In this document: positions 1 through 13,257 of the stretch, piece by piece
Numbering within the stretch: the first letter of the stretch is position 1
How the letters are laid out: each line of letters begins with the position of its first letter
Source of the DNA: an uncultured Gemmatimonadales bacterium
Lineage (GTDB): Bacteria > Gemmatimonadota > Gemmatimonadetes > Longimicrobiales > Gaopeijiaceae
NCBI GenBank assembly: GCA_963823035.1
Contig: CAWGKG010000012.1
Span: forward strand, 224,001 to 288,000
Direction of reading: 5' to 3'
Length of the DNA stretch: 64,000 nt
Translations under genes and position numbers: made by a program
The notes under the pieces: generated by a model
Seen by the model: the letters and a program-made list of their open reading frames with translations, nothing else
Databases searched by the model: none
Told to the model about the DNA's origin: nothing

Positions 1-106
1 CCGCATCGACGTGGAACGACACTCCGTCCACGGCGCGCGCCACGCCCCGCTCGGCGTCGAACCAGGTCCGCAGGTCCCGGACGTCGAGGAGATGCGGCGC
101 CGTCAC
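1..106 (-). CDS. oppD: Peptide ABC transporter ATP-binding subunit (OppD/DppD-like), 5' end only, truncated by window edge
   Basis: Manual translation from GTG at 106: VTAPHLLDVRDLRTWFDAERGVARAVDGVSFHVD, the typical OppD N-terminus; GTGA overlap with the oppC stop. Confidence 0.85.
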   Translation of the reverse strand, partial: MTAPHLLDVRDLRTWFDAERGVARAVDGVSFHVDA

Positions 107-1239
107 CGTAGCCTCGGGTCCAGCGCGTCGCGCAGCCCATCGCCCACCAGGTTGAAGGCGAGGACGGTGAGGACGATCGCGAACCCCGGGAAGGTGGAGA
201 GCCACCACGCGCCCAACAGGCTGTCGCGACCATCGGCGACCATCGTGCCCCACGAGGGCGTGGGCGCCTGCACGCCGATTCCCAGGAAGGAAAGCCCCGC
301 CTCCAGCACGATGGTGTCGCCGATGCCGAGCGTGGCGGCGATGATCACCGGCGCGAGCACGTTGGGGACGATGTGCCGGAGGATGATCCGGCGACGCGAG
401 TAGCCGAGACCACGCGCCGCCAGCACGAACTCCCGTTCGCGCAGCCCGAGGACCTCACCGCGTACGAGGCGCGCGGCGCCGGGCCACAGGGTCAGCCCGA
501 GCACGGTCACGATCAGGAGGAGGCTGGGCGGGAAGACCGTGACGATCGCAACCAGGAGGACCAGGCGCGGGAAGGCGATCACCACGTCCACGAAGCGCAT
601 GATCGCACCGTCCACCCAACCCCCGAGGTAGCCGGCGACCGCACCGAGCAGCGTCCCGACCGTCACGCTGATCGCCACGGCGAGCACGCCGATACCGAGG
701 GAGATCCTCGCGCCGTAGAGAAGCCGCGAGAAGACGTCGCGCGCGGCCTGGTCGGTGCCCATCAGGTGCACGCGCGTGGGACCCACCATCCGTTCGGTGA
801 GGAGGGCACCCGGCCGTAGGGGATCGAAGGGCGCGATCAGGGGTGCCGCCAGGGCCACCAAACCGAGGATGAACACCACCACGAGGCCGGCCACGGCCAT
901 CCGGTTGCGCGAGAAGACGGCAACCATGCGGGCCCAACCGCCGGATCCCGCGCGGGCGTCGGCCGGGCGTGGCCCCGTATCCACCCACGACCAGAGCCAG
1001 GCGGTGACCAGGCCGACCACCACGGTCGCCGCCGCGATCCGTTGTTCGACGGATCCGTGCCAGCCGGCCACGAGTCGCTCGGGACGGGAGAGGCCGACCC
1101 ACAGGAACCCCACCCAAACCGCCAGGGCGGCGAGGCCGCTGCCCACCCGGCCCTGGAGGAGCTGGGGCAACCCGGGTGCGAATACCGACAACATCCGCGC
1201 CGCGGGCGAGGGCAGTCGGGCGGAGGTCGCTTCAGCCAT
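103..1239 (-). CDS. oppC: Peptide ABC transporter permease (OppC/DppC) with N-terminal membrane extension
   Basis: HLMGTDQAARDVFSRLLYGARISL, EAA-loop REFVLAARGLG, EAGLSFLGIG, FNLVGDGLRDALDPR. Confidence 0.93.
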   Translation of the reverse strand: MAEATSARLPSPAARMLSVFAPGLPQLLQGRVGSGLAALAVWVGFLWVGLSRPERLVAGWHGSVEQRIAAATVVVGLVTAWLWSWVDTGPRPADARAGSGGWARMVAVFSRNRMAVAGLVVVFILGLVALAAPLIAPFDPLRPGALLTERMVGPTRVHLMGTDQAARDVFSRLLYGARISLGIGVLAVAISVTVGTLLGAVAGYLGGWVDGAIMRFVDVVIAFPRLVLLVAIVTVFPPSLLLIVTVLGLTLWPGAARLVRGEVLGLREREFVLAARGLGYSRRRIILRHIVPNVLAPVIIAATLGIGDTIVLEAGLSFLGIGVQAPTPSWGTMVADGRDSLLGAWWLSTFPGFAIVLTVLAFNLVGDGLRDALDPRLR

Positions 1240-2218
1240 GACGGATGCGAGGGTCCACCACCGCGTAGAGGACGTCCGCCAGCAGATTCGCGGCCACGAC
1301 GAGCGCCGCGAACATGAAGCTCGTTCCCATCACCAAGGGGTAGTCACGCGCCACGATACCGTCGACGATGGCCTTCCCCATGCCCGGCCAGGAGAACACG
1401 GACTCGATGAAGACCGTCCCCCCGAAGAGGAGAGGGATGTACAGCCCTCCCAGCGTGATGATCGGGATGAGCGCGTTGCGCAGGGCGTGCTTGAGCACGA
1501 CGGTGCGCTCGGGGAGCCCCTTGGCCCGGGCGGTCCGGATGTAGTCCTGGCGAACGACCTCGAGCATGCTCGCCCGCGCGTAGCGCGCGACGCCCGCCGT
1601 GAGCACGAGCGTGAGCGAGAGTACCGGCAGGGCGAGGTGCCAGAGCCGGTCGAGGAGTCGCCCACCCGGACCCATGGCGGCGTAGTCCACCGACGTCATC
1701 CCCGATACGGGGAACCAGATCGGCCAGTGCCACACGCTCCGGGCGAAGAAGCTGAAGACGAGCACCAGCATCAGCGCGAGCCAGAACGAAGGCATCGAGT
1801 AGAAGAAGAGCAGCACCACGCTGGAGACCGAGTCCGTGCGGGAGCCCCGGCGCACCGCCTGCAGCACACCCACCCCGATGCCGAGGACGAACGAGAGGAC
1901 GAGGGCGCATCCGGAGAGGATGAGCGTGTTCGGAAGGAAGGAGCCGATGACGGAGGCTACGGGGCGGCCGAGGGAGAAGCTGTACCCGAGGTCACCGGTG
2001 AGCGTGGCGACCATCCACTTCCCGTATCGCACCAGCAGCGGCTCGTCGAGCCCGAAGTTGGTGCGGATCCGGGCGATCGTCTCCGCCGTCATTCCCGGGT
2101 GGAGGAAGTAGAGCGCGGGGTCGCCCGGAGCCACCGAGAGGACGAAGAAGACGAGCGTGGCGATACCGAGCACGAGGGGCACGGCGCCCAGCACGCGACG
2201 CACCAGGAACCGGGTCAT
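1232..2218 (-). CDS. oppB: Peptide ABC transporter permease (OppB/DppB)
   Basis: APGDPA, GDLGYS, DYIRTARAKGL, HALRNALIP, ESVFSWPGMG, DPRI. Confidence 0.95.
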   Translation of the reverse strand: MTRFLVRRVLGAVPLVLGIATLVFFVLSVAPGDPALYFLHPGMTAETIARIRTNFGLDEPLLVRYGKWMVATLTGDLGYSFSLGRPVASVIGSFLPNTLILSGCALVLSFVLGIGVGVLQAVRRGSRTDSVSSVVLLFFYSMPSFWLALMLVLVFSFFARSVWHWPIWFPVSGMTSVDYAAMGPGGRLLDRLWHLALPVLSLTLVLTAGVARYARASMLEVVRQDYIRTARAKGLPERTVVLKHALRNALIPIITLGGLYIPLLFGGTVFIESVFSWPGMGKAIVDGIVARDYPLVMGTSFMFAALVVAANLLADVLYAVVDPRIRHG

Positions 2219-2263
2219 CGGTCCGTCAACCCGCCCGCACCGCCCGCCGCCGGACGGGCGCGC

Positions 2264-3991
2264 TCACCGCGCCGAGGGATCCAGCCACCAGTCGTGGACG
2301 CTCACCCACTCGCCCCGCGCGTCCACGTGCACGCCGTGCATGGTCTTCCGCACGCCGGCCAGGCGCTCGAAGACGCAGAGGAAGGTGTAGGGCTGCTCTT
2401 CGATCAGGAGGCGCTGGTACTCCTCCCACAGGGGTAGAGCCGCCTTCCGGTCCACCACGGTCTGCAACGTGTCCATCAACCGGTCGAGCTCGGGGTTCAT
2501 CGTTCCCGACAGCCCGAACGACCCGTCGACGCGCTCGGAGCCGAAGAGGTCACGGTCGTCCTGACGGAAGTCCATGACCCAGGAGAGCACCACGCCGTCG
2601 AAGTCCTTGGCCTGGGTGAACAGCTCCTCGTTGAGCCTGGCGACGTCCTCGACCCGCACGTCGACCTTCACGCCGATGTCCGCGAGCTGCGCCTGCATGA
2701 GCTCCGCGAAGCTCTGCCGCTGCTGGCTACCCCGGTTGTACTTGATGCTGATGGCGAGCGGCAATCCCTCCGCGTTCTCGCGCACGCCGTCCCCGTCGCG
2801 GTCGCGCCACCCGGCCTCGTCGAGTAGCCGGCGGGCACCCGCGGGGTCGTAGGGAACGCCCGGGAGCGACTCAGGGCGGAACGACCAGTGCGTCGGGGGG
2901 ATCGTCGAGTTGACCACGGTTCCGTAACCGCGCAGAACGGACTGCACGATCTTCTCACGGTCCGTGCCCATCGTGAGCGCCCGCCGCACCCGCTTGTCGG
3001 AGAGCTGAGGCCTGCGCGAGTTCCACGCGACGAAGGCCACCTCGCGGTGCGCGAACCCGAGCAGCTCCACGGCTGGATCGGCCTTGATCTGCGCCGCCTG
3101 GTCGGGCTGTGCGCCCACGTAGACGTGGATGCCGCCCGTCAGCAGCTCGGCGAGGAGCGTGGTCTGCTCGGGGACGGTGCGCTGCACCAGGCGGTCGAGG
3201 AAGGGCCGCCCCCCCAGATCCGCCGGGAAGCCGGGGTTGGCCCGGAAGACCCAGCGATCGTTGAGGCGATGTTCCTCCACCACGAACGGGCCGCTCCCGA
3301 CGGGGCACTCGGTGTTGTAGGGGTGTCGGGCGAGTGAGTCCGGGGGTACGTCGCCCAGGAGGTGTTCGGGGAGGATGGCCGTGGCCCGCCAGGCATCCAG
3401 GTAGTCCGCATGGGGGCGCATCCGGAAGGCCACCGTGGTGTCGTCCACCACGCGGACGCCGTCCTCTCCCTGGTCGTACCCGTCCCAATAGGACGGATTG
3501 GGGAAACGCGTGGCGGGGTCGGTGACCGTGCGGTAGGTGAAGGCCACGTCGTTCGCGTCCGTACGCTCGCCGTCGTGCCAGTAGACATCGCTACGAAGGT
3601 GGAAGGTCAGCTCGGTGGTGTCCGCGTTGACCTCCCACGAGCGGGCGAGATACGGCTCGGGCATAAGGTCCTCGTCGAAGCGCACGAGCGTCGTCTGCAC
3701 CACGAACTGCTGGTACTGCGTGCTGTTGTAGTCGGTGGAGATCGCGGAGTTCATGCCGCCCGGCAGCTCCGCGACGATCCCGACCACGCCCGTGCCCCCG
3801 TAGCGCTCGTCGCCGGCCGGCACCGGATGCTCGGCAGCCGCCCGCTCGAGGTAGGCGGCCACGCGCGGCCTTACCTCGGCGCAGAACCCGGCGACGCTCC
3901 CGCCTTCCCCGGGCTCGTTGCCTCCGCACGCTCCGGCGGCCGGAAGGAGGAGCACCGCCATGCATGTCATCGCCCTGCGGACCGTCACCAT
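2264..3991 (-). CDS. oppA: Peptide ABC transporter substrate-binding lipoprotein (SBP family 5)
   Basis: Lipobox AGAC; PYLARSWEV, FHLRSDVYWHDG, PVGSGPF, DKRVRRAL, ARRLLDEAGW; start placed at ATG 3991. Confidence 0.9.
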   Translation of the reverse strand: MVTVRRAMTCMAVLLLPAAGACGGNEPGEGGSVAGFCAEVRPRVAAYLERAAAEHPVPAGDERYGGTGVVGIVAELPGGMNSAISTDYNSTQYQQFVVQTTLVRFDEDLMPEPYLARSWEVNADTTELTFHLRSDVYWHDGERTDANDVAFTYRTVTDPATRFPNPSYWDGYDQGEDGVRVVDDTTVAFRMRPHADYLDAWRATAILPEHLLGDVPPDSLARHPYNTECPVGSGPFVVEEHRLNDRWVFRANPGFPADLGGRPFLDRLVQRTVPEQTTLLAELLTGGIHVYVGAQPDQAAQIKADPAVELLGFAHREVAFVAWNSRRPQLSDKRVRRALTMGTDREKIVQSVLRGYGTVVNSTIPPTHWSFRPESLPGVPYDPAGARRLLDEAGWRDRDGDGVRENAEGLPLAISIKYNRGSQQRQSFAELMQAQLADIGVKVDVRVEDVARLNEELFTQAKDFDGVVLSWVMDFRQDDRDLFGSERVDGSFGLSGTMNPELDRLMDTLQTVVDRKAALPLWEEYQRLLIEEQPYTFLCVFERLAGVRKTMHGVHVDARGEWVSVHDWWLDPSAR

Positions 3992-4038
3992 GCGCGCTTC
4001 ATCCTGTACCAGCCCCGGTGGCGCGGGCGGCTTCCGGG

Positions 4039-4806
4039 TCAACGCCGCCACGTCCAGTCGTCGCGGGCGTACCGTTCGTCTTCGAGCTCGTCGGCCCGCC
4101 GAATCTCCGGCGGATGATAGTCACCCTCGTCCCAGCGGCCCCCCAGCGCAAGTCGAAGGCCTTCGGCGAGCGCTTCGCAAAGTTCGACCGGGTCGACGGA
4201 CCGGCCCAGCTCCTCCTCGACGGAAGCGGATGTGGTGGAATCCGGCTCGCCGCCGGACAGACGCGCAAGCACGCCCTGGTCGCCGCGGAGGATCACGGAG
4301 CCGTGCTGCAGGATCGCGCCGCCGAGGCGCACCTGCGCGCTCCCGACGAGCTTCCTTCCGCCCGCCACCACCTCACCGGGCGCCGGGGCCCTGAAACAGG
4401 GACCGGCGTCGGGCTTGAGCACGACCCCGTCCGCCGCGAGCTCCGCCCTGACGCCGAGGGCGCACAGTCCCCGCACGAGGCCGCCATGCACCCGCTGATA
4501 GGCCGCGCGAGCGCCGCCCAGCGCGCGGACGGGCAACGCCACGGCGTACGTCACCTCGTGCGCGTGCAGCACGGCCCGGCCGCCGGTGGGTCGCCGCACG
4601 AAGCCGAGGCCCCGGGCGCGCGCCGCGTCCCGGTCGTAGCGGCCGGCCGTCGGCTCGTTGCGGCCGAAGGAGATCGTGTGCGGTGCCCACGCGTAGAAGC
4701 GTACCACGGCGCGGCGATCGCCCACGTGCTCCGCCAGCGCGTGATCCAGCGCCATGTTGCGCGACCCCGTGCGCGCGGCGGCGTCGAGGAGGACGCGCCA
4801 GCGCAG
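4039..4806 (-). CDS. Lipoate-protein ligase A / octanoyltransferase (LipM/LipL-like)
   Basis: WRVLLD...NMALDHAL, VRRPTGGRAVLH, GRKLVGSAQ, ILQHGS; conserved sequence extends upstream of ATG 4755, so the start is uncertain. Confidence 0.85.
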   Translation of the reverse strand: MRWRVLLDAAARTGSRNMALDHALAEHVGDRRAVVRFYAWAPHTISFGRNEPTAGRYDRDAARARGLGFVRRPTGGRAVLHAHEVTYAVALPVRALGGARAAYQRVHGGLVRGLCALGVRAELAADGVVLKPDAGPCFRAPAPGEVVAGGRKLVGSAQVRLGGAILQHGSVILRGDQGVLARLSGGEPDSTTSASVEEELGRSVDPVELCEALAEGLRLALGGRWDEGDYHPPEIRRADELEDERYARDDWTWRR

Positions 4807-4819
4807 CTCCGGGTCGGCT

Positions 4820-5503
4820 TCAGAACTCGTAGCTGCCCCCGGGCTCCAGGATCTCGACGCGGGCGGCGTCGCCGACCTTGGTCCTGAAGACCTCCGGATC
4901 CTGCGCGATCACCGGCCAGGTGTTGTAGTGGATGGGAATGACGACGGCCGGCTCGATCATGCGCACGGCACGCGCCGCGTCCTCCGGTCCCATCGTGAAG
5001 TTGTCGCCGATCGGGAGGAGCGCCACGTCCACCTGCCCCTTGAGCAGTTGGAAGTCCATGATCAGCGCCGTGTCGCCGGAGTGGTAGAAGCGCTTCCCGT
5101 TGAACTCGACGAGCAGCCCCGCGCAGTCGGTCGTGTGCGTGCCGGTGTCGTCGCCGGCGACCGAGCCCGTGTGCAACGCGGGCGTGAGCTTCAGGCGGCC
5201 GAAGGGGAACGTGTAGGCGCCGCCGATGTTCATCCCGTGCCCGTTCTCGACGCCCTTCTCCCCGCAGAAGCCCACGATCTCGAAGGTCGAGATGACCATC
5301 GCGCCCGTTCGCTTCGCCAGGGGGATGCAGTCGGCGAAGTGATCGAAGTGGCCGTGGGAGACCAGGATGTAGTCCGCCTCCACGTCGTCCACGCTGAGAT
5401 CGGTGGCGGGGTTGTCGGTGAAGAAGGGGTCGATGACCAGCTTCGTGCCGTCGTCCGTCTCGAGCGTGCAGGTCGCGTGGCCGTGCCAGGTGAGTTTGGC
5501 CAT
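4820..5503 (-). CDS. Metal-dependent hydrolase, MBL fold (UPF0173-like)
   Basis: LTWHGHA, IDPFF, SHGHFDHFAD, YHSGDT, LLPIGDNFTMGPEDA, IPIHYNTW. Confidence 0.92.
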   Translation of the reverse strand: MAKLTWHGHATCTLETDDGTKLVIDPFFTDNPATDLSVDDVEADYILVSHGHFDHFADCIPLAKRTGAMVISTFEIVGFCGEKGVENGHGMNIGGAYTFPFGRLKLTPALHTGSVAGDDTGTHTTDCAGLLVEFNGKRFYHSGDTALIMDFQLLKGQVDVALLPIGDNFTMGPEDAARAVRMIEPAVVIPIHYNTWPVIAQDPEVFRTKVGDAARVEILEPGGSYEF

Positions 5504-5575
5504 GGGTGGTCCTCGTTCTGGGGTCTCTTCCCCGGAATCTGGGCCCGTCGCGATCGCGGGGCGACCCCGGCGAGC

Positions 5576-5639
5576 TTGACGCTCCAGCCCCCAGCGCGCT
5601 ATTCGTACCCCTAAACACACACGGGTAACATGCTGGGGG
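5576..5639 (+). promoter_or_regulatory. Putative promoter and PadR operator region
   Basis: TTGACG at 5576-5581; inverted repeats CCCCCAGC (5588-5595)/GCTGGGGG (5632-5639) and TACCC (5606-5610)/GGGTA (5623-5627) just upstream of the padR gene. Confidence 0.4.
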
Positions 5640-5644
5640 AAACG

Positions 5645-5983
5645 ATGGGTGACACGCTCCCGCTCCTGAAGGGCACGCTCGACCTCCTCATCCTCAAGGC
5701 GCTGAGCGTGGAGCCGACGCACGGCTACGGCGTCGCGAAGTGGCTCGAGGCGCGCTCCGGTGGCGACATCGGGGCGGACGACAGCGCTCTCTATCAGGCG
5801 CTCCACAGACTCGAAGCGCGCGGCTACGTGGCGGCGGCGTGGGGGGTCTCGGAGAACAACCGCCGCGCCCGCTACTACAGGCTGTCGGCGAAGGGCCGTC
5901 GTCACCTGGAGGCCGAGGCGGAGACGTGGCGCCGCTACGCGCGCTCCGTGGAGGGCGTGTTGACGGCCGGGGACGCGGAATAG
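5645..5983 (+). CDS. PadR-family transcriptional regulator (acidobacterial type)
   Basis: LLKGTLDLLILKAL, HGYGVAKWL, LYQALHRLE, WGVSENNRRARYYRL. Confidence 0.95.
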   Translation: MGDTLPLLKGTLDLLILKALSVEPTHGYGVAKWLEARSGGDIGADDSALYQALHRLEARGYVAAAWGVSENNRRARYYRLSAKGRRHLEAEAETWRRYARSVEGVLTAGDAE

Positions 5984-6003
5984 ACGAAGGCGAAGGAGGG
6001 GAC

Positions 6004-8633
6004 ATGGGCGAGGGGACGGGCGGGCCCGGTGCGGACCGCGATGGGGCGCTGAAGCGTGAGCTCGACGCGGAGATCGAGTCGCACGTGGCGATGCGCACGG
6101 AGGAGCTCGTGGCCGCGGGGATGGACCCGGACGAAGCCCGCCGCGAAGCGCTCCGTCGCTTCGGCGACGTCGAAGAGGCACGGCGGGCCCTCCTGGCCAC
6201 CGCACGCAGGAGGGAGAGGCACCGCCGGTGGGCGGACCGCCTCGAGGGGCTCGGGCGGGACATCGTCCACGCCTTCCGCCGGATCCGGCGCGCGCCCGGC
6301 TTCTCCGCCCTCGCCGTAGGCATCTTCGCCCTGGGCATCGGGGCCACGACGACGATGTTCTCGGTGACCGACCACGTGCTCCTCCGGCCCCTCCCCTTTC
6401 CCCACCCGGAGGAGCTGGTCGCGCTCGGATCGCAGGCGGAGCACGGCGAGCCGTTCTACCAGGTGTCCATGGGCAACTGGGCGGACTGGCGCGAGAGTCC
6501 GACGCTGGCCTCCACGGGCCTCTTCGCCGCGACCGAGGTGACCGTGACCGGGGAAGGCGACGCCTTTCGTGCGCCGGCCGCGGAGGTGTCGGGGGCCTTC
6601 TTCGAGACGCTTCGGCCGCGCATGGCCGTGGGCCGCGCCCTCACGGAGGACGACGGCCAGCGCGGCGAGGACGTCGTGGTCGTCAGCGCGCGCCTCTGGC
6701 GCAGCGTACTGGGCGAGCCCGGGCTGGAGGGGCGCACGCTCGAGGTGGACGGCGCAGGCTGCGGGTGGTCGGCGTGGTCGCCGGGGGCTCCGCCCTCCCC
6801 GGAGCGGTGGACGTATGGGTCCCCCGACCCTGGCGACCCGGCATCGGCGGAATGCGCAACAACATCAACTGGCGGGCAGTGGCCCGGCTGGCCCCGGGTG
6901 TCACGATGGAAGGCGCGCGCCAGGAGCTGTCCGGCGTGGCCGCGCGGATCCGCGAGAGCGACCCGGAGGGGATCTACTCGTGGGGTGTCGGTGTCGAGCC
7001 TCTCCACGAGCTGGTGGCGGGCGACACGCGCGGGGTCCTGCGCATCCTGATGGCCTCGGTCCTCTTCGTGCTACTGGCGGCCTGCGCCAACCTGGCGGGG
7101 CTCGGCCTCGCGCGCGGCAGGCGGCGGGCGGGAGAGATGGCCACCCGGCTGGCGCTCGGCGCCCGCCGCGCACAGCTCCTCCGTCAGCTCCTGGTCGAAC
7201 AGCTCCTGCTGGCGCTCGTGGGCGGCGGGCTCGGACTCCTCCTGGCGTGGTGGGGCACGAGCTTCGTCTTCCGCGCCGCCGCCGATCTGGTTCCTCCGGG
7301 AACGCGGCTCGGCTTCGACCTCAGGATCGCGGGGTTCGGCGCGTGCGCCGCACTCCTCGCGGGCCTGCTGACCGCGATCGCGCCGGCGGTGCGGACGTCG
7401 CGTCTACGAGCGTCCGGGGCACGCGGGGGCGTCGGTGGGGGGAGGGGCCTGCCGGGCGCGATCATGGTGGGAGCCGAGGTCGCGCTGGCCGTGACGCTCC
7501 TGGTCGGCGGTGGCCTTCTGCTGCGCTCCTTCCTGGCCACCGCGTCCCGCGACCTCGGGTTCGATCCGGCGGGGGTCGTCACGGTGGACGTGGCGCTCTC
7601 CGGGCCGGAGTACGCCGACAGGGACAGGAGCCTCGCGTACTGGGAGGATCTCATGGAGCGGGAGCGGGCGGTCCCGGGCGTGGCGGCCGTGGCCGTCTCC
7701 AACGCCGTGCCGACGGAAGGCGGCGGGGTCAGCTTCATCGAGATCGAGGGAGACGACCGGCCCAACGAGGGCGCGGGCTACCGCGTCGTGAGCGACGATT
7801 TCTTCGGCGTGCTCGGCATCCCGCTGGGCGCCGGCCGCACCTTCGGAGACGGCGACGCCGCGGGCACCGAGCGGGTGGGGATCGTCAACGAGTCGTTCGC
7901 GCGCGCCTTCTGGCCCGGCGGCGAGGCACTCGGGAAGCGGTTCAAGGCGTCCAGCATGGAGGCCTGGTATTCGGGCGGCCAGGCGCCGTGGATCCGGATC
8001 GTCGGCGTGGTGGGCGACATCCGCCACTACGGATTCGAATCCGACCCGCGCCCGGACGTCTTCGTCCTCCACCGGCAGATGCCGGCCTACACACGCTCCA
8101 TGTCCGCGGTGGTGAAGCTGCGCCCGGGTGCCCCACCCGGCGCGGCCGAGGCGCTGCGCCGAGCCGCGCACGACGTCGATCCGGGCCTCGCCGTCCGCGT
8201 GCGCCCGCTCGCCGCGCGTGTTCGTGGTCTTCTCGCAGGGCGACGCCTCACGCTGTCGATCGTGGGCGCGTTCGCCACCGTGGGGGCGCTCCTGGTCTGC
8301 CTCGGCATCTACGGCCTGATCACCTTCGCGGTCCAGGAACGCACGCGTGAGATCGCCGTGCGTGCCGCGCTCGGGCTCGGGCGTAGCGGGATCCTGGCCC
8401 TCATGCTCGGGAGCGCGCTGCGCGTCACCCTGGTCGGTGCGGCGGCCGGCGTGCTCGCCGCGTTGAGCTTCAGCAGGATGTTGACGTCGCTCGTTGTCGA
8501 CGTCGGCACCACCGACCCGCTCACCTACGCCGTGGCGGCCGCGCTCCTGGTCGGGGTCGCGCTCCTGGCCGCACTGATCCCGGCGGTGCGCGCCACGCGC
8601 CTGGACCCCCTGGAGGCGCTGAACTCCGAGTAG
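6004..8633 (+). CDS. ADOP-family duplicated ABC permease (MacB-like x2); one frameshift near 6755
   Basis: ELDAEIESHVAMR...ALRRFG, PGFSALAV..LGIGATTTMFS, ACANLAGL, DLGFDP, QERTREIAVRAALG, DPLEAL; split over ORFs 5740-7050 and 6228-8633. Confidence 0.9.
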
Positions 8634-8645
8634 GCCCCGGGACCG

Positions 8646-11540
<2,895 letters not shown>

Positions 11541-11616
11541 GAATGGAGAAAGGGCCGCGCCGCCGTGTGGCGAGGACGCGGCCCTGTACCTTCTGCCATG
11601 CCGGCGGTTCCGGCGG

Positions 11617-12006
11617 CTATTCGCCCACGTGCGCCGCGTAGGCTGCGGCGTCCATCAGCCCCGAGATCTCGCCGGGGTCGGCCACCTTGAGCTTGATCAT
11701 CCAGCCGGCCCCGTAGGGATCGGTGTTGACCAGCGAAGGGTCGTCGTCCAGCGCCGCGTTGGCCTCCACGACCTTCCCGGCCACGGGGCAATACAGGTCG
11801 CTGACCGCCTTCACGGCCTCGATCGTACCGAAGGGGTCCATCTTCCCGAAGGAGCCGCCGGTGTCGGGCAGCTCGACGAAGACCACGTCCCCGAGCTCGC
11901 CCTGCGCGTAGTCGGTGACGCCGACGACGTAGACGTCGTCCTTGTCGGTGGCCTTCAGGTACTCGTGCTCTTCCGTATAGAGGAGATCGGCCGGAATGTC
12001 GGACAT
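11617..12006 (-). CDS. gcvH: Glycine cleavage system H protein
   Basis: [19 protein letters not shown], lipoyl-Lys [19 protein letters not shown]; start ATG 12006. Confidence 0.97.
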   Translation of the reverse strand: MSDIPADLLYTEEHEYLKATDKDDVYVVGVTDYAQGELGDVVFVELPDTGGSFGKMDPFGTIEAVKAVSDLYCPVAGKVVEANAALDDDPSLVNTDPYGAGWMIKLKVADPGEISGLMDAAAYAAHVGE

Positions 12007-12084
12007 GTGTTCTTCTCCGGGCCAGAGCCGGGTGCGGGGGCATGCAGGCCGACCGACCCACCTCGGCAACCTGCTCGGGCCCTG

Positions 12085-12113
12085 ACGATGACTGGGTTTT
12101 GAGCGGGCGTCAA
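12085..12113 (-). promoter_or_regulatory. Putative sigma70 promoter of gcvH-gcvP
   Basis: Minus strand TTGACG (12113-12108), 17 nt, CATCGT (12090-12085). Confidence 0.5.
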
Positions 12114-12170
12114 CCCTCGTAGTTTGGGCCTTCCGTCGTCCGTTTCCGCCCCCGCCGGGGAGCCCGCCCC

Positions 12171-13119
12171 ATGCACCGCTCGCAGCGCCTGGACGCGCTC
12201 GTCACCCCCCTGCGCGACGACGTGGTCTCGGGCGCCACGCGGCTGGCGCACCGGGCCGCGAGCGTCCTTCAGGAGGTGGCCGGGTGGCACGGCCCGGATT
12301 CGCCGGCCGAGCTCCGGGAGCTCCTCGCCGAGACGGGCATCCGCCTGATCGAGGCGCAGCCGGCCATGGCCCCCCTGGTCACGCTCGCCGCCCACGTCCT
12401 GAACGCCCTGGACGGGGTGGAGGGGCTCGAGGGTGCCCGCGGAGCGGCGCGTCGGGCGGCCCGCGCGTTCGGGACCTCCCTCGACACCCACGGGGAGGCC
12501 CTGGCCCGCGGGGCGGCCGAGCTCCTCCCCGAAGAGGGCGACATCCTGACGCTCTCCTCCTCGTCGGCGGTGCGAAACGTCCTCCTCCGGGAACCGCGCG
12601 CATGGAGTGGACGCGTGGTGGTGCTGGAGAGCCGCCCGGCCGGGGAGGGGCAGGCCACGGCGCGTGCGCTCGCGGAGGCGGGGATCCACGTCCTCTTCGC
12701 CGTGGACGCGGCCGCCGCCACGCTCGCGGAGGGATGCGCGCTGGTCCTGCTCGGCGCGGACTCGATCGGCGACCGGGGGGTGGTCAACAAGATGGGCAGC
12801 CTGGCCGCCGTGCTGGGCGCCCTGCGCGCAGACGTCCCGGTGCTGGTGGCAGCCGACAGCCACGAAGATCCTCCCGCCGGGCTTTCCACAACGCCTCTCC
12901 GACGACCGTCCGGGCGACGAGGTGTGGTTGGCGCCCGACGGCGTGACGGTCTGGAACCGCTACTTCGAGGCCCTGCCCCTCGCCGCCGTCGACGTCGTGG
13001 TCACCGAGGTGGACGCCTTCCGCCCCGACGAGGTCGAAGCCTGGCGGCGAGCCCTGGACGTGCCCGCGGAGCTTGCGGCCTGGGCCCGGCGTCGCGCGGA
13101 GTGTCCGGGGCGTCACTAG
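12171..13119 (+). CDS. eIF-2B alpha/beta/delta family protein (IF-2B / sugar-phosphate isomerase fold); frameshift near 12862
   Basis: SGATRLA, AQPAMAPL, ILTLSSSSAV, LESRPAGEG, LLGADSI, VVNKMGS, then +1 frame KILP...WNRYFE..VVTE. Confidence 0.85.
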
Positions 13120-13257
13120 CAGCCCGAGGAGACTCCGCCGCGAGGCCAAAGCCCCTCGACAGGCGCACGCGTTGTACATTTCCAGGGCGTCGATGAAACG
13201 GCGCTTCGCACCGGGGGTACCGCCGCCCCCGGAGTCGAGTGAACGCTCCAACCGCCC

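Noticed and set aside
12007..12085. Glycine riboswitch upstream of gcvH-gcvP
   Set aside because: The leader has one hairpin but lacks the GGAGA...CCGAAG...CUCUCAGG aptamer elements and is too short for a tandem aptamer
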